DNA of 61,953 nucleotides, the filler included. It is 10 parts of 10 records of this genome, joined end to end, with 100 filler letters (N's around TTAATTAATTAA, not from the genome) between each part and the next. Parts side by side here need not be neighbours in the genome. Positions count along the whole stretch, not along the records: positions 46,160 to 48,264 come from SRR11831585_108; positions 48,365 to 54,839 come from SRR11831585_109; positions 54,940 to 58,510 come from SRR11831585_116; 7 more parts are not named here. One strand, given 5' to 3'. Positions 46,316 through 58,367 of this stretch are shown piece after piece (the first letter of the stretch is position 1; each line of letters starts with the position of its first letter). The notes beneath the pieces were generated by a model that ran no database searches, was not told the origin of the DNA, and saw nothing but the letters and a program-made list of their open reading frames with translations. Position numbers and translations under genes: made by a program.

Positions 46316-48204
46316 GTGTTTTGCCGCGGTTGCTGAACGAGATTCTGAAGACGCGCGTGATGATTAAGACCGCCATGAAAGAAGTGCCTGCGGAGGATAA
46401 GGTTTGTGTTTATTGTTTGCAGTGTCAGTGTGTGTGCCTCTCACCGCGCGTAACTGTGTGTGTATGTGTGTATGTGTGTACTGTCTGTTCCTGTCATTTT
46501 GTCCTGCGTGTTTATGCACTGATATATATATATATACATCGATGCACATCGCGCACGGTGTGTGTCGCTTTCATCCTTCCTCCTGTATATTTGACCGTTT
46601 CATTCTGCAGACCCTGCTTCGCTTGCTGGACTATCGACAAATGGCTCTTAAAATGATTGCCAACGTAACGTATGGATACACTTCGGCGTCGTTCTCAGGT
46701 CGCATGCCTTGCGTTGAGATTGCAGGTACGTTTCTGTTATATTATATATACACACGAACATGGGTGTATGTTTGTGAGGTAGCGTTCCTGTTATCACAGA
46801 ATTTTGATGGTATTTGCGCTTTTGGTACCTTTTCTGTAGATCCTTCAAGCCGGAGCTGTTCTTGCGTGTTGAATATCAGTGTGCGTGCGTGCGTGTGGTT
46901 TCTTTTAAGAATATAGTGTGCTGCGGCGAGTACCAGTTGGCTTATGTATCTCTCATTCGTTGTATGTCACTCGAGATATGTGCCCGAAATGTTGACACTG
47001 TGTATCTTTGCCGCGATTTTGCGCTGATATGTGCTGTGTGTGCGTGTGTGTCGTACAGACGCGATTGTGCAAACTGGTCGCGAAACACTGGAGCGTGCTA
47101 TCCGCGTGATAGAGTCTGAATGGCATGCAGAAGGTGACTAACTATTTTCTGGTAGATTTGAGGGTTGATCCTCTGTGTGAGTTTGTGAGGGTAGTGTTGT
47201 TCTGTTGGTTTGTTTTTCTTTGAAACTGTGTGTGTAATATTGCAGCATCTATGCGTCTATCCGTGTTGGTGAGTGAGGGTGGCACACACACAAGGTACTA
47301 CGTGTGGTGACTGTACTGTTTGTGAGTGTGTGTGTATGCGCACTCCGTGTCTGAGTGCCCTGTGTCTGGTTGTCTGTGCGTAGTGGTATATGGCGATACC
47401 GACTCCCTGTTTGTGCATCTGCCCGGCGCTTCACGCGATGAAGCTTTCCGCATTGGGAAACAGATCGCCGCGAAAATCACCTCTATGAACCCGCGCCCGG
47501 TGCGTGATTAATTATTGTTTTTGGTCAGTGCTTTCCTGTCAGGGTTCAATCACGGAGGGTACGGTGCCCGCTTGGAGGGTGTTCGTGTCGTCTTGTACTG
47601 TTCACGAGTTCCGCCATGTAATGTGCTCTGTATGCACTGTGCGTTTTTGAGTTTACAATGTGTCTACGCTGATGTACATATTTGTGACTTATGCTTTCTG
47701 TGATATATGGCGCAACACACGTTCGTTTGATTGCGTATACCTTTGCATATATGAATGATGTATGTATGTGCACGTGTGTGTATGCTGACGGACTGTGCCG
47801 TGGTTCAGGTGACGCTCAAATTCGAGAAGGTGTTTCATCCGTGCGTGCTCCTCTCCAAGGTATACGACACGTTACAACATTCACTGTCCCTTCTTTCATT
47901 TTCGAGAACTTCCGCCATTTCTCGTGCTGCATACCGCAACTGTACCTTCTGTGAACTGCGTTCGTGTATGCTGCACCCACTGGTACTCTGAGATGTGTAG
48001 CGGTTACTGACCCTGCGAACCTGCTAGAAACGTTACGTGGGTTATGCGTATGAGTCTCCCGCGCAGCAGAGCCCCAAGTTTGACGCGAAGGGTATTGAAA
48101 CAGTGCGTCGGGACACGTGTCCGGCGGTTCAGAAAATCATGGAGAAATCCTTGCATATGCTGTTCACGGATCCGGATTTGTCTGCAATCAAGTCATACCT
48201 GACG
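46316..48204 (+). CDS. REV3: Eukaryotic DNA polymerase zeta catalytic subunit (REV3-like), internal fragment, spliced
   Basis: Exons 46316-46401, 46611-46725, 47059-47133, 47384-47499, 47809-47859 and 48028-48204 give ALKMIANVTYGYTSASFSGRMPC, YGDTDS, KKRYVG and DAKGIETVRRD. Confidence 0.9.
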
Positions 48205-48386
48205 GTATGTCGTTGTGTGTCCTCTAGATGTTCTGCGTATGTGTGTGGACGCTCTGTATAATATNNNNNNNNNNNNNNNNNNNNNNNNNNNNNNNNNNNN
48301 NNNNNNNNTTAATTAATTAANNNNNNNNNNNNNNNNNNNNNNNNNNNNNNNNNNNNNNNNNNNNGGGTTTCGGCCCCGGTTCTCTT

Positions 48387-49013
48387 TTATTTCTGCTTCG
48401 TTAACGTGTCATAACTGGTCATCAAATTACGATAATCAGGAATGTGGTTAGAGAACAACGTCGCCAGTCCTTCAATATCATTACGCCAGTCGCGATGCAG
48501 CTCGCACGCCACGCCGAACCATGTCATCAATTGCGCACCAGCTTGCGACAAGCGATCCCATGCCGAATGCCGGGTAATTTCATTAAAGGTCCCTGACGCG
48601 TCAGTCACGACAAAGACGTCAAACCCTTCTTCAATGGCTGAAAGCGCCGGGAATGCCACGCAAACTTCGGTTACCACACCGGCAATAATTAACTGTTTTT
48701 TACCTGTCGCTTTGACAGCTTTTACAAAATCTTCGTTATCCCAGGCGTTAATATTTCCCGGGCGAGCAATGTAAGGTGTATCGGGGAATTGTGCTTTCAG
48801 TTCTGGAACTAATGGGCCGTTAGGACCGGTTTCAAAACTGGTGGTAAGAATAGTTGGTAAGTTGAAATACTTAGCCAGGTCACCCAGCGCCAGCACGTTA
48901 TTTTTAAACTTATCGGGTTCGATATCCCGTACAAGGGAAAGTAAACCAGCCTGGTGATCAACAAGCAAAACGGCAGCATCATTTTTATCAAGACGAACAT
49001 ACGGTTTGGTCAT
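48387..49013 (-). CDS. ycaC: Isochorismatase-family hydrolase YcaC
   Basis: 208 aa, VDHQ and TEVCV motifs. Confidence 0.93.
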   Translation of the reverse strand: MTKPYVRLDKNDAAVLLVDHQAGLLSLVRDIEPDKFKNNVLALGDLAKYFNLPTILTTSFETGPNGPLVPELKAQFPDTPYIARPGNINAWDNEDFVKAVKATGKKQLIIAGVVTEVCVAFPALSAIEEGFDVFVVTDASGTFNEITRHSAWDRLSQAGAQLMTWFGVACELHRDWRNDIEGLATLFSNHIPDYRNLMTSYDTLTKQK

Positions 49014-49326
49014 CCTCTTCTCCTTTCGAGAGTCAGTGGTACGTCTGAAATCGATCAGACGCGATGCATTGCTCTGAAAGCATAGACGGGAAATATGAGT
49101 TTGCTGTGACCATGAAATTTTTCGACTGAACGAAGCGTATGAAATTTGTGTTAGTTCAATAAAAACAATCAGATGAGACTAATCATCTCTTCAGCATTAG
49201 CGTTATGAATGAGTAATATAAATCGATAATACCGCCGCTGGGATATCGCGTATTTTCACCCATTGACAATGTTTTTGGCGGTGGCATGATGCGCATGAAA
49301 TTTGAACTTCCTCACGGTTTTAATTC

Positions 49327-50475
49327 ATGTCCACGTATACCCAGCCTGTCATGCTTTTGCTGTCTGGCCTGCTTTTGTTGACTCTGGCGATTGCGGTGTT
49401 AAATACACTCGTGCCGCTTTGGCTCGCCCAGGAACACATGTCCACATGGCAGGTAGGCGTTGTCAGCTCATCCTATTTTACCGGCAACCTTGTCGGTACA
49501 TTGCTGACAGGGTATGTCATTAAGCGCATTGGCTTTAACCGCAGCTATTATCTGGCCTCCTTCATTTTTGCCGCTGGCTGTGCCGGCCTTGGCCTGATGA
49601 TTGGATTCTGGAGCTGGTTGGCTTGGCGTTTTGTCGCGGGCGTCGGCTGTGCCATGATTTGGGTGGTTGTTGAGAGCGCGCTGATGTGCAGTGGGACGTC
49701 ACGTAACCGTGGGCGTTTGCTTGCTGCGTATATGATGGTTTATTACGTGGGAACGTTTTTAGGCCAGTTACTGGTCAGCAAAGTTTCAACCGAGCTGATG
49801 TCCGTATTGCCGTGGGTTACAGGTTTGACGTTGGCAGGGATCTTACCGCTGTTGTTTACGCGTGTGCTGAATCAGCAGGCTGAAAACCATGATTCGACGT
49901 CAATTACGTCAATGCTAAAACTCCGTCAGGCGCGGCTTGGCGTGAATGGCTGCATTATCTCAGGAATCGTTCTGGGATCTCTATATGGCCTGATGCCGCT
50001 GTACCTCAATCACAAAGGGGTGAGCAATGCCAGCATTGGTTTCTGGATGGCGGTACTGGTCAGTGCGGGTATCCTTGGACAATGGCCGATTGGACGTCTG
50101 GCGGATAAGTTTGGTCGACTGCTGGTGTTGCGTGTTCAGGTCTTTGTCGTCATTCTCGGCAGTATCGCGATGCTTAGCCAGGCGGCGATGGCCCCAGCGT
50201 TATTCATCCTCGGTGCCGCTGGCTTTACGCTATATCCGGTGGCGATGGCATGGGCTTGCGAGAAAGTTGAACATCATCAACTGGTGGCGATGAACCAGGC
50301 CTTACTGTTGAGCTATACTGTGGGAAGTCTGCTTGGCCCGTCATTTACCGCTATGCTAATGCAGAATTTCTCCGATAATTTATTGTTTATCATGATCGCC
50401 AGCGTATCGTTTATCTATTTGCTGATGCTGCTGCGCAACGCCGGTCATACGCCGAAACCCGTTGCTCACGTGTAA
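49327..50475 (+). CDS. ycaD: MFS transporter YcaD
   Basis: 382 aa, GRLADKFGR motif. Confidence 0.92.
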   Translation: MSTYTQPVMLLLSGLLLLTLAIAVLNTLVPLWLAQEHMSTWQVGVVSSSYFTGNLVGTLLTGYVIKRIGFNRSYYLASFIFAAGCAGLGLMIGFWSWLAWRFVAGVGCAMIWVVVESALMCSGTSRNRGRLLAAYMMVYYVGTFLGQLLVSKVSTELMSVLPWVTGLTLAGILPLLFTRVLNQQAENHDSTSITSMLKLRQARLGVNGCIISGIVLGSLYGLMPLYLNHKGVSNASIGFWMAVLVSAGILGQWPIGRLADKFGRLLVLRVQVFVVILGSIAMLSQAAMAPALFILGAAGFTLYPVAMAWACEKVEHHQLVAMNQALLLSYTVGSLLGPSFTAMLMQNFSDNLLFIMIASVSFIYLLMLLRNAGHTPKPVAHV

Positions 50476-50684
50476 ATGAATTCAAGCAGAGTGTGAACTT
50501 ACTGTTTCACACTCTGCTTTTTTGTTTCTTCTATCTGACTTGCTTTATTCCAAATTTTATTCGTTTAAAAATAAAATGTGCAGCAGGTTATAATTTTGCA
50601 TTTCGCTATTTCCGCACTTCTTATTTGCCGCGCATAATCCCTCGTTTTACCGATGCCCCTTTAATTTTGGCGAAGGATTTGTCT

Positions 50685-52115
50685 ATGGCTGGGAATGTTC
50701 AGGAAAAACAGTTGCGATGGTACAACATTGCGCTGATGTCTTTTATCACTGTCTGGGGTTTTGGCAACGTTGTTAATAACTATGCCAACCAGGGGCTGGT
50801 GGTTGTTTTTTCATGGGTGTTTATCTTTGCACTCTATTTCACACCTTATGCGCTAATTGTTGGTCAGTTAGGCTCGACCTTCAAAGATGGGAAGGGCGGG
50901 GTCAGTACCTGGATTAAACACACGATGGGACCCGGACTGGCTTATCTCGCCGCGTGGACCTACTGGGTGGTGCATATTCCCTATCTGGCACAAAAACCCC
51001 AGGCAATTCTGATTGCGCTCGGTTGGGCGATGAAAGGCGACGGTTCGCTAATCAAAGAATATTCAGTCGTAGCGTTACAGGGGTTAACGCTGGTGCTGTT
51101 TATCTTCTTTATGTGGGTTGCTTCACGCGGTATGAAATCGCTGAAAATCGTCGGTTCTGTGGCAGGGATTGCTATGTTTGTTATGTCACTCCTGTATGTG
51201 GCGATGGCGGTAACCGCGCCTGCAATTACTGAAGTGCATATTGCGACCACAAACATTACCTGGGAAACGTTCATTCCTCATATCGACTTTACCTACATTA
51301 CCACTATTTCAATGCTGGTTTTCGCGGTTGGCGGAGCAGAGAAGATTTCTCCTTACGTTAATCAAACGCGCAACCCAGGAAAAGAATTTCCAAAAGGGAT
51401 GTTATGCCTGGCGGTGATGGTTGCGGTTTGTGCCATTCTGGGCTCGCTGGCGATGGGGATGATGTTTGATTCGCGTAATATCCCGGATGACTTAATGACC
51501 AACGGTCAGTATTACGCCTTTCAGAAGCTGGGCGAGTATTACAACATGGGTAATACTTTAATGGTGATTTACGCCATTGCGAATACCCTGGGACAAGTAG
51601 CGGCGCTGGTATTCTCGATTGATGCCCCGCTTAAAGTGCTATTAGGTGATGCTGACAGCAAATATATTCCAGCCAGTTTATGTCGTACCAACGCTTCTGG
51701 TACGCCCGTTAATGGCTATTTTCTGACCCTGGTACTGGTGGCGATTCTGATTATGCTGCCGACTCTCGGCATTGGTGATATGAACAATCTCTATAAATGG
51801 CTGTTGAACCTTAATTCGGTAGTGATGCCGCTGCGTTATTTATGGGTATTTGTTGCATTTATTGCAGTCGTTCGCTTGGCGCAGAAATATAAACCAGAAT
51901 ATGTCTTTATTCGTAATAAGCCTCTGGCAATGACCGTCGGGATTTGGTGTTTTGCCTTTACCGCCTTTGCCTGTTTGACGGGGATCTTCCCGAAAATGGA
52001 AGCCTTCACTGCAGAGTGGACCTTCCAGTTGGCGCTGAATGTTGCAACGCCGTTTGTGCTGGTAGGATTAGGACTGATATTCCCGCTGCTGGCGCGTAAA
52101 GCGAATAGTAAATAA
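50685..52115 (+). CDS. ycaM: APC-family transporter YcaM
   Basis: 476 aa from MAGNVQEK with AAGGA RBS. Confidence 0.9.
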   Translation: MAGNVQEKQLRWYNIALMSFITVWGFGNVVNNYANQGLVVVFSWVFIFALYFTPYALIVGQLGSTFKDGKGGVSTWIKHTMGPGLAYLAAWTYWVVHIPYLAQKPQAILIALGWAMKGDGSLIKEYSVVALQGLTLVLFIFFMWVASRGMKSLKIVGSVAGIAMFVMSLLYVAMAVTAPAITEVHIATTNITWETFIPHIDFTYITTISMLVFAVGGAEKISPYVNQTRNPGKEFPKGMLCLAVMVAVCAILGSLAMGMMFDSRNIPDDLMTNGQYYAFQKLGEYYNMGNTLMVIYAIANTLGQVAALVFSIDAPLKVLLGDADSKYIPASLCRTNASGTPVNGYFLTLVLVAILIMLPTLGIGDMNNLYKWLLNLNSVVMPLRYLWVFVAFIAVVRLAQKYKPEYVFIRNKPLAMTVGIWCFAFTAFACLTGIFPKMEAFTAEWTFQLALNVATPFVLVGLGLIFPLLARKANSK

Positions 52116-53024
52116 TTATTGTGGTCGGTGACGCTGACTCTGGCAGATCTGACCCGTTTTTACATAATCGAGAAATGCGCGCAAGCCGCAGGACATATAC
52201 TGGCGGTTTGGATAATAGATCTGGAAGCCTGGACGCTCTGTGCTCCAGTCTTCCAGTACACATTCTAAACGACCAGTATCAAGGTACTCCTTGATCTGTT
52301 CATAGAGCAGATACCCGATACCAGCACCCATCAAAACGGCCTCCAGTTCAGCATCAACATCATCCAGAATGATATTTCCTGCGACAGCAATTTCCAGCTC
52401 CTTTGCAAATTGCCAGTGGAAAGGTTTGCCGCTGGGATAACGAAAAACAACACATTGATGATTAAGCAGATCATGAGGATGGCGGGGTTTGCCATATCTT
52501 GCAAAGTACTCTGGCGTTGCTGCTACACATAATTTCACTGGCGGGCCGATCGCCACGCTGATCATATCTTTTTCGACGATGCAACTAAGTCGAACGCCAG
52601 CGTCAAAGCCCTGTTGGACGATATCGACAAGAGAGTCGTCAGTTGTGAGCTCGACTTTAATATCAGGATATTCACGTGTGAAACCAACCAGTAAAGACAT
52701 TAAAAATATACGTGCAGCTACCCGGGCGGCATTGATTTTGAGCGTTCCTGTCGGTGTCAGACGAAAATCATTCATCTCATCTAACATGATCTGAATTTCG
52801 TCGAAAGCTGGGCGCAATCGTTCATAGAGATTAGAACCCGCTTCCGTTAACGATACGCTTCGGGTTGTCCGATTGAATAAGCGAATTTTAAGACGTTGTT
52901 CCAGTGTTTTAATACTATGGCTAATGGCGGACGAGGATAAGCCTAACTCATCGCCCGCTGCACGAAAGCTTTGATTACGGGCCACGGCAAAGAAAGTGGC
53001 AAAGTCAGACATATTCATCCGCAT
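52116..53024 (-). CDS. ycaN: LysR-family regulator YcaN
   Basis: HTH and LFNRTTRSVSLTEAG motif. Confidence 0.92.
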   Translation of the reverse strand: MRMNMSDFATFFAVARNQSFRAAGDELGLSSSAISHSIKTLEQRLKIRLFNRTTRSVSLTEAGSNLYERLRPAFDEIQIMLDEMNDFRLTPTGTLKINAARVAARIFLMSLLVGFTREYPDIKVELTTDDSLVDIVQQGFDAGVRLSCIVEKDMISVAIGPPVKLCVAATPEYFARYGKPRHPHDLLNHQCVVFRYPSGKPFHWQFAKELEIAVAGNIILDDVDAELEAVLMGAGIGYLLYEQIKEYLDTGRLECVLEDWSTERPGFQIYYPNRQYMSCGLRAFLDYVKTGQICQSQRHRPQ

Positions 53025-53123
53025 TAGTGAAAATCCTTCATTAACTCATCCTGAATCATCACGTTTACAGGATTATGCCGCCTGCGTAAAGTGCGCTCCA
53101 GAACTTAACGTGGAGGTAAAATT

Positions 53124-53714
53124 ATGCAGTCTGAACGTATTTATTTGGTATGGGCCCATCCTCGTCATGATTCATTGACCGCACATATTGCTGATGCGAT
53201 CCATCAGCGGGCAATGGAGCGGAAAATACAGGTGACGGAACTCGATTTATATCGGCGTAATTTCAACCCAGTGATGACGCCGGAAGATGAACCAGACTGG
53301 AAGAATATGGATAAACGTTATTCTCCAGAGGTTCATCAGCTTTATTCAGAGCTGCTTGAACATGACACGTTAGTGGTGGTTTTTCCTCTCTGGTGGTACA
53401 GCTTCCCGGCAATGCTAAAAGGATATATTGACAGAGTATGGAATAATGGGCTGGCTTATGGAGATGGGCACAAATTACCATTCAATAAAGTTCGTTGGGT
53501 GGCGCTGGTTGGAGGAGACAAAGAATCATTTGTCCAGATGGGCTGGGAAAAAAATATAAGCGATTATTTAAAAAATATGTGCAGTTATCTTGGTATTGAA
53601 GATGCCGATGTCACTTTCTTGTGTAATACAGTGGTATTCGATGGGGAAGAACTTCACGCGAGCTATTATCAGTCGTTATTATCTCAGGTACGGGATATGG
53701 TAGATGCACTATAA
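53124..53714 (+). CDS. ycaK: NAD(P)H quinone oxidoreductase-like YcaK
   Basis: AHP and FPLWWYSFPAMLKGYIDRV flavodoxin-2 motifs. Confidence 0.9.
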   Translation: MQSERIYLVWAHPRHDSLTAHIADAIHQRAMERKIQVTELDLYRRNFNPVMTPEDEPDWKNMDKRYSPEVHQLYSELLEHDTLVVVFPLWWYSFPAMLKGYIDRVWNNGLAYGDGHKLPFNKVRWVALVGGDKESFVQMGWEKNISDYLKNMCSYLGIEDADVTFLCNTVVFDGEELHASYYQSLLSQVRDMVDAL

Positions 53715-53753
53715 GATGTGTTAAAAACGCTGTAGCAGAATGAAGCGCGGAAT

Positions 53754-53786
53754 AAAAAAGCGGCAACTCAATAAAGTTGCCGCTTT
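53754..53786 (-). terminator. Rho-independent terminator of pflA
   Basis: AAAGCGGCAACT / AGTTGCCGCTTT stem followed by a U-tract on the minus strand. Confidence 0.8.
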
Positions 53787-53795
53787 ACGGGGAAA

Positions 53796-54536
53796 TTAGA
53801 ACATTACCTTATGACCGTACTGCTCAAGAATGCCTTTCACGCGTTCCATGGTCTCTTTCTTCGGTGGTTTAACACCGTCGAGTTTGTACTCTTCACCCAT
53901 TGCCACCCATTTGTGTTTGCCCAGCTCGTGGTAGGGGAGAAGCTCGATTTTCTCAACGTTGCCCATATCACGGGTAAATTCACCGAGGCGATGCGCTGAA
54001 TCGTCATCGTCAGACCAGCCTGGGACAACAACGTAGCGGATCCACACCTTCACATTTTTGTTCGCCAGATATTTAGCGAACTCCAGCGTGCGGTGGTTGG
54101 AAACTCCAACCAGATTTTGGTGGATCTCGTCGTTCATCTGTTTGAGATCGAGCATTACCAGGTCGGTTACTTCCAGCAGTTCATCAATCACCGGATCGTA
54201 ACGACGAACAAAACCGTTGGTGTCCAGACAGGTATGAATGCCTTCTTTTTTGCAGGCGCGGAACCAGTCACGAACAAACTCAGCTTGCAGGATTGCTTCA
54301 CCGCCGGATGCGGTAACGCCGCCGCCGGAAGCGTTCATAAAGTGGCGATAGGTCACCACTTCCTTCATCAAATCTTCAACGGTAACTTCTTTACCGCCAT
54401 GCGTGTCCCAGGTGTCGCGGTTATGACAATACAGGCAGCGCATCAGGCAGCCCTGGAAAAAGGTGATAAAGCGAATACCTGGGCCGTCTACGGTTCCACA
54501 GGATTCAAAGGAGTGAATGCGACCAATAACTGACAT
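53796..54536 (-). CDS. pflA: Pyruvate formate-lyase activating enzyme
   Basis: Radical SAM motif CLMRCLYC, start MSVIGRIH. Confidence 0.97.
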   Translation of the reverse strand: MSVIGRIHSFESCGTVDGPGIRFITFFQGCLMRCLYCHNRDTWDTHGGKEVTVEDLMKEVVTYRHFMNASGGGVTASGGEAILQAEFVRDWFRACKKEGIHTCLDTNGFVRRYDPVIDELLEVTDLVMLDLKQMNDEIHQNLVGVSNHRTLEFAKYLANKNVKVWIRYVVVPGWSDDDDSAHRLGEFTRDMGNVEKIELLPYHELGKHKWVAMGEEYKLDGVKPPKKETMERVKGILEQYGHKVMF

Positions 54537-54727
54537 TGCGGTGTTTCTCCAGATGTGGCCCATCTGAGGCCGTGTTGGTGCGCAGCTCGAAGGCTACGTC
54601 GAGTCTGTTTTGGCAGTCACCTTAAAGTATAGATAGCTGACAAAAAAGGCTCTCGCGCTAAAAAAGGCCCCACTTTCGTGGAGCCTTTATTGTACGCTTT
54701 TTACTGTACGATTTCAGTCAAATCTAA

Positions 54728-54839
54728 TTACATAGATTGAGTGAAGGTACGAGTAATAACGTCCTGCTGCTGTTCTTTAGTCAGCGAGTTGAAACGTACT
54801 GCGTAGCCAGATACACGGATGGTCAGCTGCGGATATTTT
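54728..54839 (-). CDS. pflB: Pyruvate formate-lyase C-terminus (partial)
   Basis: [36 protein letters not shown], containing the glycyl-radical motif. Confidence 0.95.
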
Positions 54840-54939
54840 NNNNNNNNNNNNNNNNNNNNNNNNNNNNNNNNNNNNNNNNNNNNTTAATTAATTAANNNNN
54901 NNNNNNNNNNNNNNNNNNNNNNNNNNNNNNNNNNNNNNN

Positions 54940-55475
54940 GATGAAGATGATTGCACACGACTGGGATGACGGAGATTTTGGACGCATTCTGCGGAATATT
55001 GTGAGGAGCATGCCGCGCGGGGCGAGGGTGCTTGTGGTGGATAGTGTGTTGGAGAATGCGTACGGGATGTCGTACACAGAGATGGTGAAGGTGCGTGTGT
55101 GCGGTGTCGCGTGCGTGGGTGTGGTTGTTGGTGACATTGTGTTAGTTTTTTCGAGGCGCGTTGTGTACGGATGAGAGGTTTCGTGGGCTGCATGCATGCT
55201 GTATGTGTATATGGAAGTTTTCCTGTGTCCACCGCCAGTGCACACAAATTGTAACTAATAGGGTGAATTCCCGCGTTTGTCTCTGTGTGCCGCCGTCTCA
55301 CGTTATCGTGTAGGTGCTGATGGACATCAACATGATGGCGAGCTGTGCTTCGGGGGCCAAGGAACGCACCCGACCGGAGTTTGAGCGTGTGTTTGAATCG
55401 GCCGATCTGAAACTGAACGCTGTGTATCCGCTGCGTACTCTGTTGAGTCTTGTGGAGGCGGTGCGTGCGCAATAA
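54940..55475 (+). CDS. Eukaryotic SAM-dependent O-methyltransferase (Methyltransf_2 type), 3' end, spliced
   Basis: KMIAHDWDD...RVLVVDSV, intron 55091-55313 (GT-AG), then VLMDINMM...GAKERTRPEF...*. Confidence 0.8.
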
Positions 55476-56278
55476 TGTGTAAAGGGTGATACGTATTCTT
55501 TATATGAGTAAGTGACGGATATGTACCGTGAGCGCGTGTGGGTGAAAAGTATATAGTGTGCGTGGGGGTGTGTGTATGTGCTAATGTGATGCTATGTGCA
55601 CTGATGTCGGTGTGTGGGCTTCTGTGTGTCTGTGTTTGTGCATCGTGTGTATTTGTTCGTGTGAGCGCGTACTATCGTGTTGAGAGTGGTAAGTGGATGT
55701 ATATGATACCAGAACGCAGAAAGATATTATATATGAGTTACTATATATGTACTAGTGGCCGTGTTGGAATTTTTCCCTTTTAGTTAAAGTTATACGCAAC
55801 AGAATACAGTGATAGCAGCAATTCATAGCTTGATGTGTTGGAACTTTTTGGGTGAGAAGCAGCCGTACCCCAGTAGTACACATAGGTGGTTTAAGTTCGC
55901 GGGTGGGGCGGTTGTGACCTCGGCGACATAAAATACGAGAGAGCAAGCATGCGCTGCAGAGAGGAGAGAAGCGTTTACGACTAAGCACGTAGGATTGCTA
56001 GTCTACATCCGATCGCGTCAATACATGAATTTTGTACAAATCGATGTGCTACCGTCGATATCCACACACCGGAGCTGAGTTGAGCGGAAACACTGTCAAC
56101 TGCGTATGGACAATTGAGAACCGGAGCGGGCACACTATTATATTTATTGGAATGGCGGAGAATTCCTGGAAACATGACATACCAACCACTGACGTCATAA
56201 CGAATAATGCAACGTCCAGAAAAAGCATCCACGACGTAAGCGCATAGTCTAACTGCTTACGTAAATAGCAATGAAATT

Positions 56279-58367
56279 TCAGAACCACGCCTTCATGTCC
56301 ACCTCCACGTAAGTGGCACAGCTGAACCGCAGACATAAATGTAAGTGAGCACGCGTAAGCGAAACAGAACACGCAAACATCAATATCTCTGGCGGTAAGA
56401 CAAGCATCAAGAGGGTTCCACACCTCACCACCAAACACCAGAAGACAAATCAAACAAACACAACAAAAACACATTTACGGATCCCATGAAACGGGCCCAC
56501 GAGACTCAACCACCAAGCAACACAGTATGCAACTGTTTAGCCAACACATACCAGGCTGGGCGCCACGACTTTTGTGTGCCCTGCTCCCACGCCACGAACG
56601 CACGCAGCGTGGTCGGCTGCCACACGACACTGAGAATATTGCTCCCCTCCGGCGCATCCTATACACAGCGTGCGGGTATGAGGGAGGGGAGATGACTGGG
56701 ATACTCCACAGGGCGTCGTGTTGTTAGGGGGGATAACAATGGACTGTACGGTTAAGTACGAAAGACAACAGGATGGGCAGTAGGGATAACAGCACACACA
56801 TCCCAAGAGTATGAAGAACAGCCTATACCAAGATGGGACGTAGCAAAAAGAACAAGAGGCTTGCGCAACAAGCACATAAACAGAGAGCATCATAACTATC
56901 ACTAGAAACTGCAGCACGGTCTCCATCTCGCACAATACCCCAGCAAGAAACCTGTTTCACGCGCCACACACGAGCACAATTTATGCACACAACACACGCA
57001 CATACACACAAACACGCACACACACGTACAGAGCACTGGTACGGATGGTCGAGACCCTTGTCAGCCACAATGGATGTGGTGTTCATCGCCTCTAGATCGC
57101 CGATCTGAATTCCCTCGGTTTCGTAGTAGGCGAAAGAGTCGTGGATGAAGAAATACCTGCACGCCATCCATACACACATTAGGAGACCACTAAGCACTGT
57201 ACATGCGCGTGCGGGTCGGGAAGTGCGGCTACGACTGGGCTCGGACCGATCGGCACACTGTACGAATGCAAACAGAAAACTCACACCCGCACAAACACAC
57301 ATAATATACCCCGCGGACCACGTCGACCCCAAATGTTTCCCATATTTGCACACAAACACACACACACATCTCGCGGTGTGTCCCAAGGAACCGTGCGACG
57401 TACCGGCGAATAGTGCTTTCATGCGGGGCCTGGCTCCACAGGAAATGGGCGCGAATGGTGGGATCGTACCCGTGGTTTGTGCGCCACACAGCCTAGTGCA
57501 GCGCATGCGTTGAGAACAAGCAGGGAAAGAAGGACGGAACGATGAGAGAGAACATGTAACGGGAAACAGCCATAGCAAGACCAACTATAGCAATAGGAGC
57601 AACAGAGTTGAAAGGGGGCTCCGCAACCGAAGAATACGCGCTACCGCACACAGAGCCTAGAGGAGGGAAACAGAGCAAAAGAAACACAACACAACCACGC
57701 ACACACATTCAAAACAAAACATCTTCTTACTGACATGAGCACAACACCAGTTACAGTGTGGGTACCTCCTTCATCGGCTGCCCGATTGGGGTGGAGACGT
57801 GGGTCTGGGGATCAACATAGACCGCGTTCGCTTCCCTACACATACATACATTCACCAAATGCATACACAGTGCACGGCGTAAGCCACACGGATACAAGCG
57901 AGCACCAAAAAAATGCATTGATCACCCACCACGCACACCGATGAAAACATACCGCGGGTCGTTGTCGTTGAAGAAAGCCGTGTACACAGCATTGGTCTCC
58001 AGAGCCAGGGCCATACGGTCCGAAGCACTCGATACCATGTGGTTGAATCCAACCTGATCGATAGACACACGCGAAAAACATAAAACACAAGCAACAGCAA
58101 CACGGAACAGAAGATTAAAACGTTACCGCGACGGACGATAACCAAGTTGCATGCACGCTCGGAGCAGCTGAATCCAAATACACCACCGCACTCCCAGCCC
58201 CAGACACGAAGGCAAAAAACATATAGTTGATCATCCCAAGATCCCACATGAAAACATCTATAGACCGTTGCATACAGTGTTGTTGGTGGCCTGCCACAGC
58301 TGCTTGGCCTCAGCCAGGTTGGACGCCCGCTCCATCACATAACGCAGACGAAGGACCCAGGGGAACC
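56279..58367 (-). CDS. Eukaryotic Ntn-hydrolase (peptidase C45 / Dcd1 acid-ceramidase-like), 3' part, spliced
   Basis: Seven in-frame exons (58367-58276, 58053-57953, 57835-57766, 57492-57404, 57156-57030, 56658-56552, 56321-56279) read GFPWVLRLRYVMERA...GFNHMV...WRTNHGYDP...WRPACCATYVEVDMKAWF*. Family assignment is from memory. Confidence 0.65.

Noticed and set aside
46267-47773. Cys/Val-rich or His/Thr-rich short ORFs in eukaryotic contigs (also 54888-58478)
   Set aside because: They are translations of TG/CA microsatellite-rich introns and UTRs.
46316-48204. Phage, giant-virus or Polinton family-B polymerase
   Set aside because: Spliceosomal introns and REV3-specific motifs point to nuclear Pol zeta.
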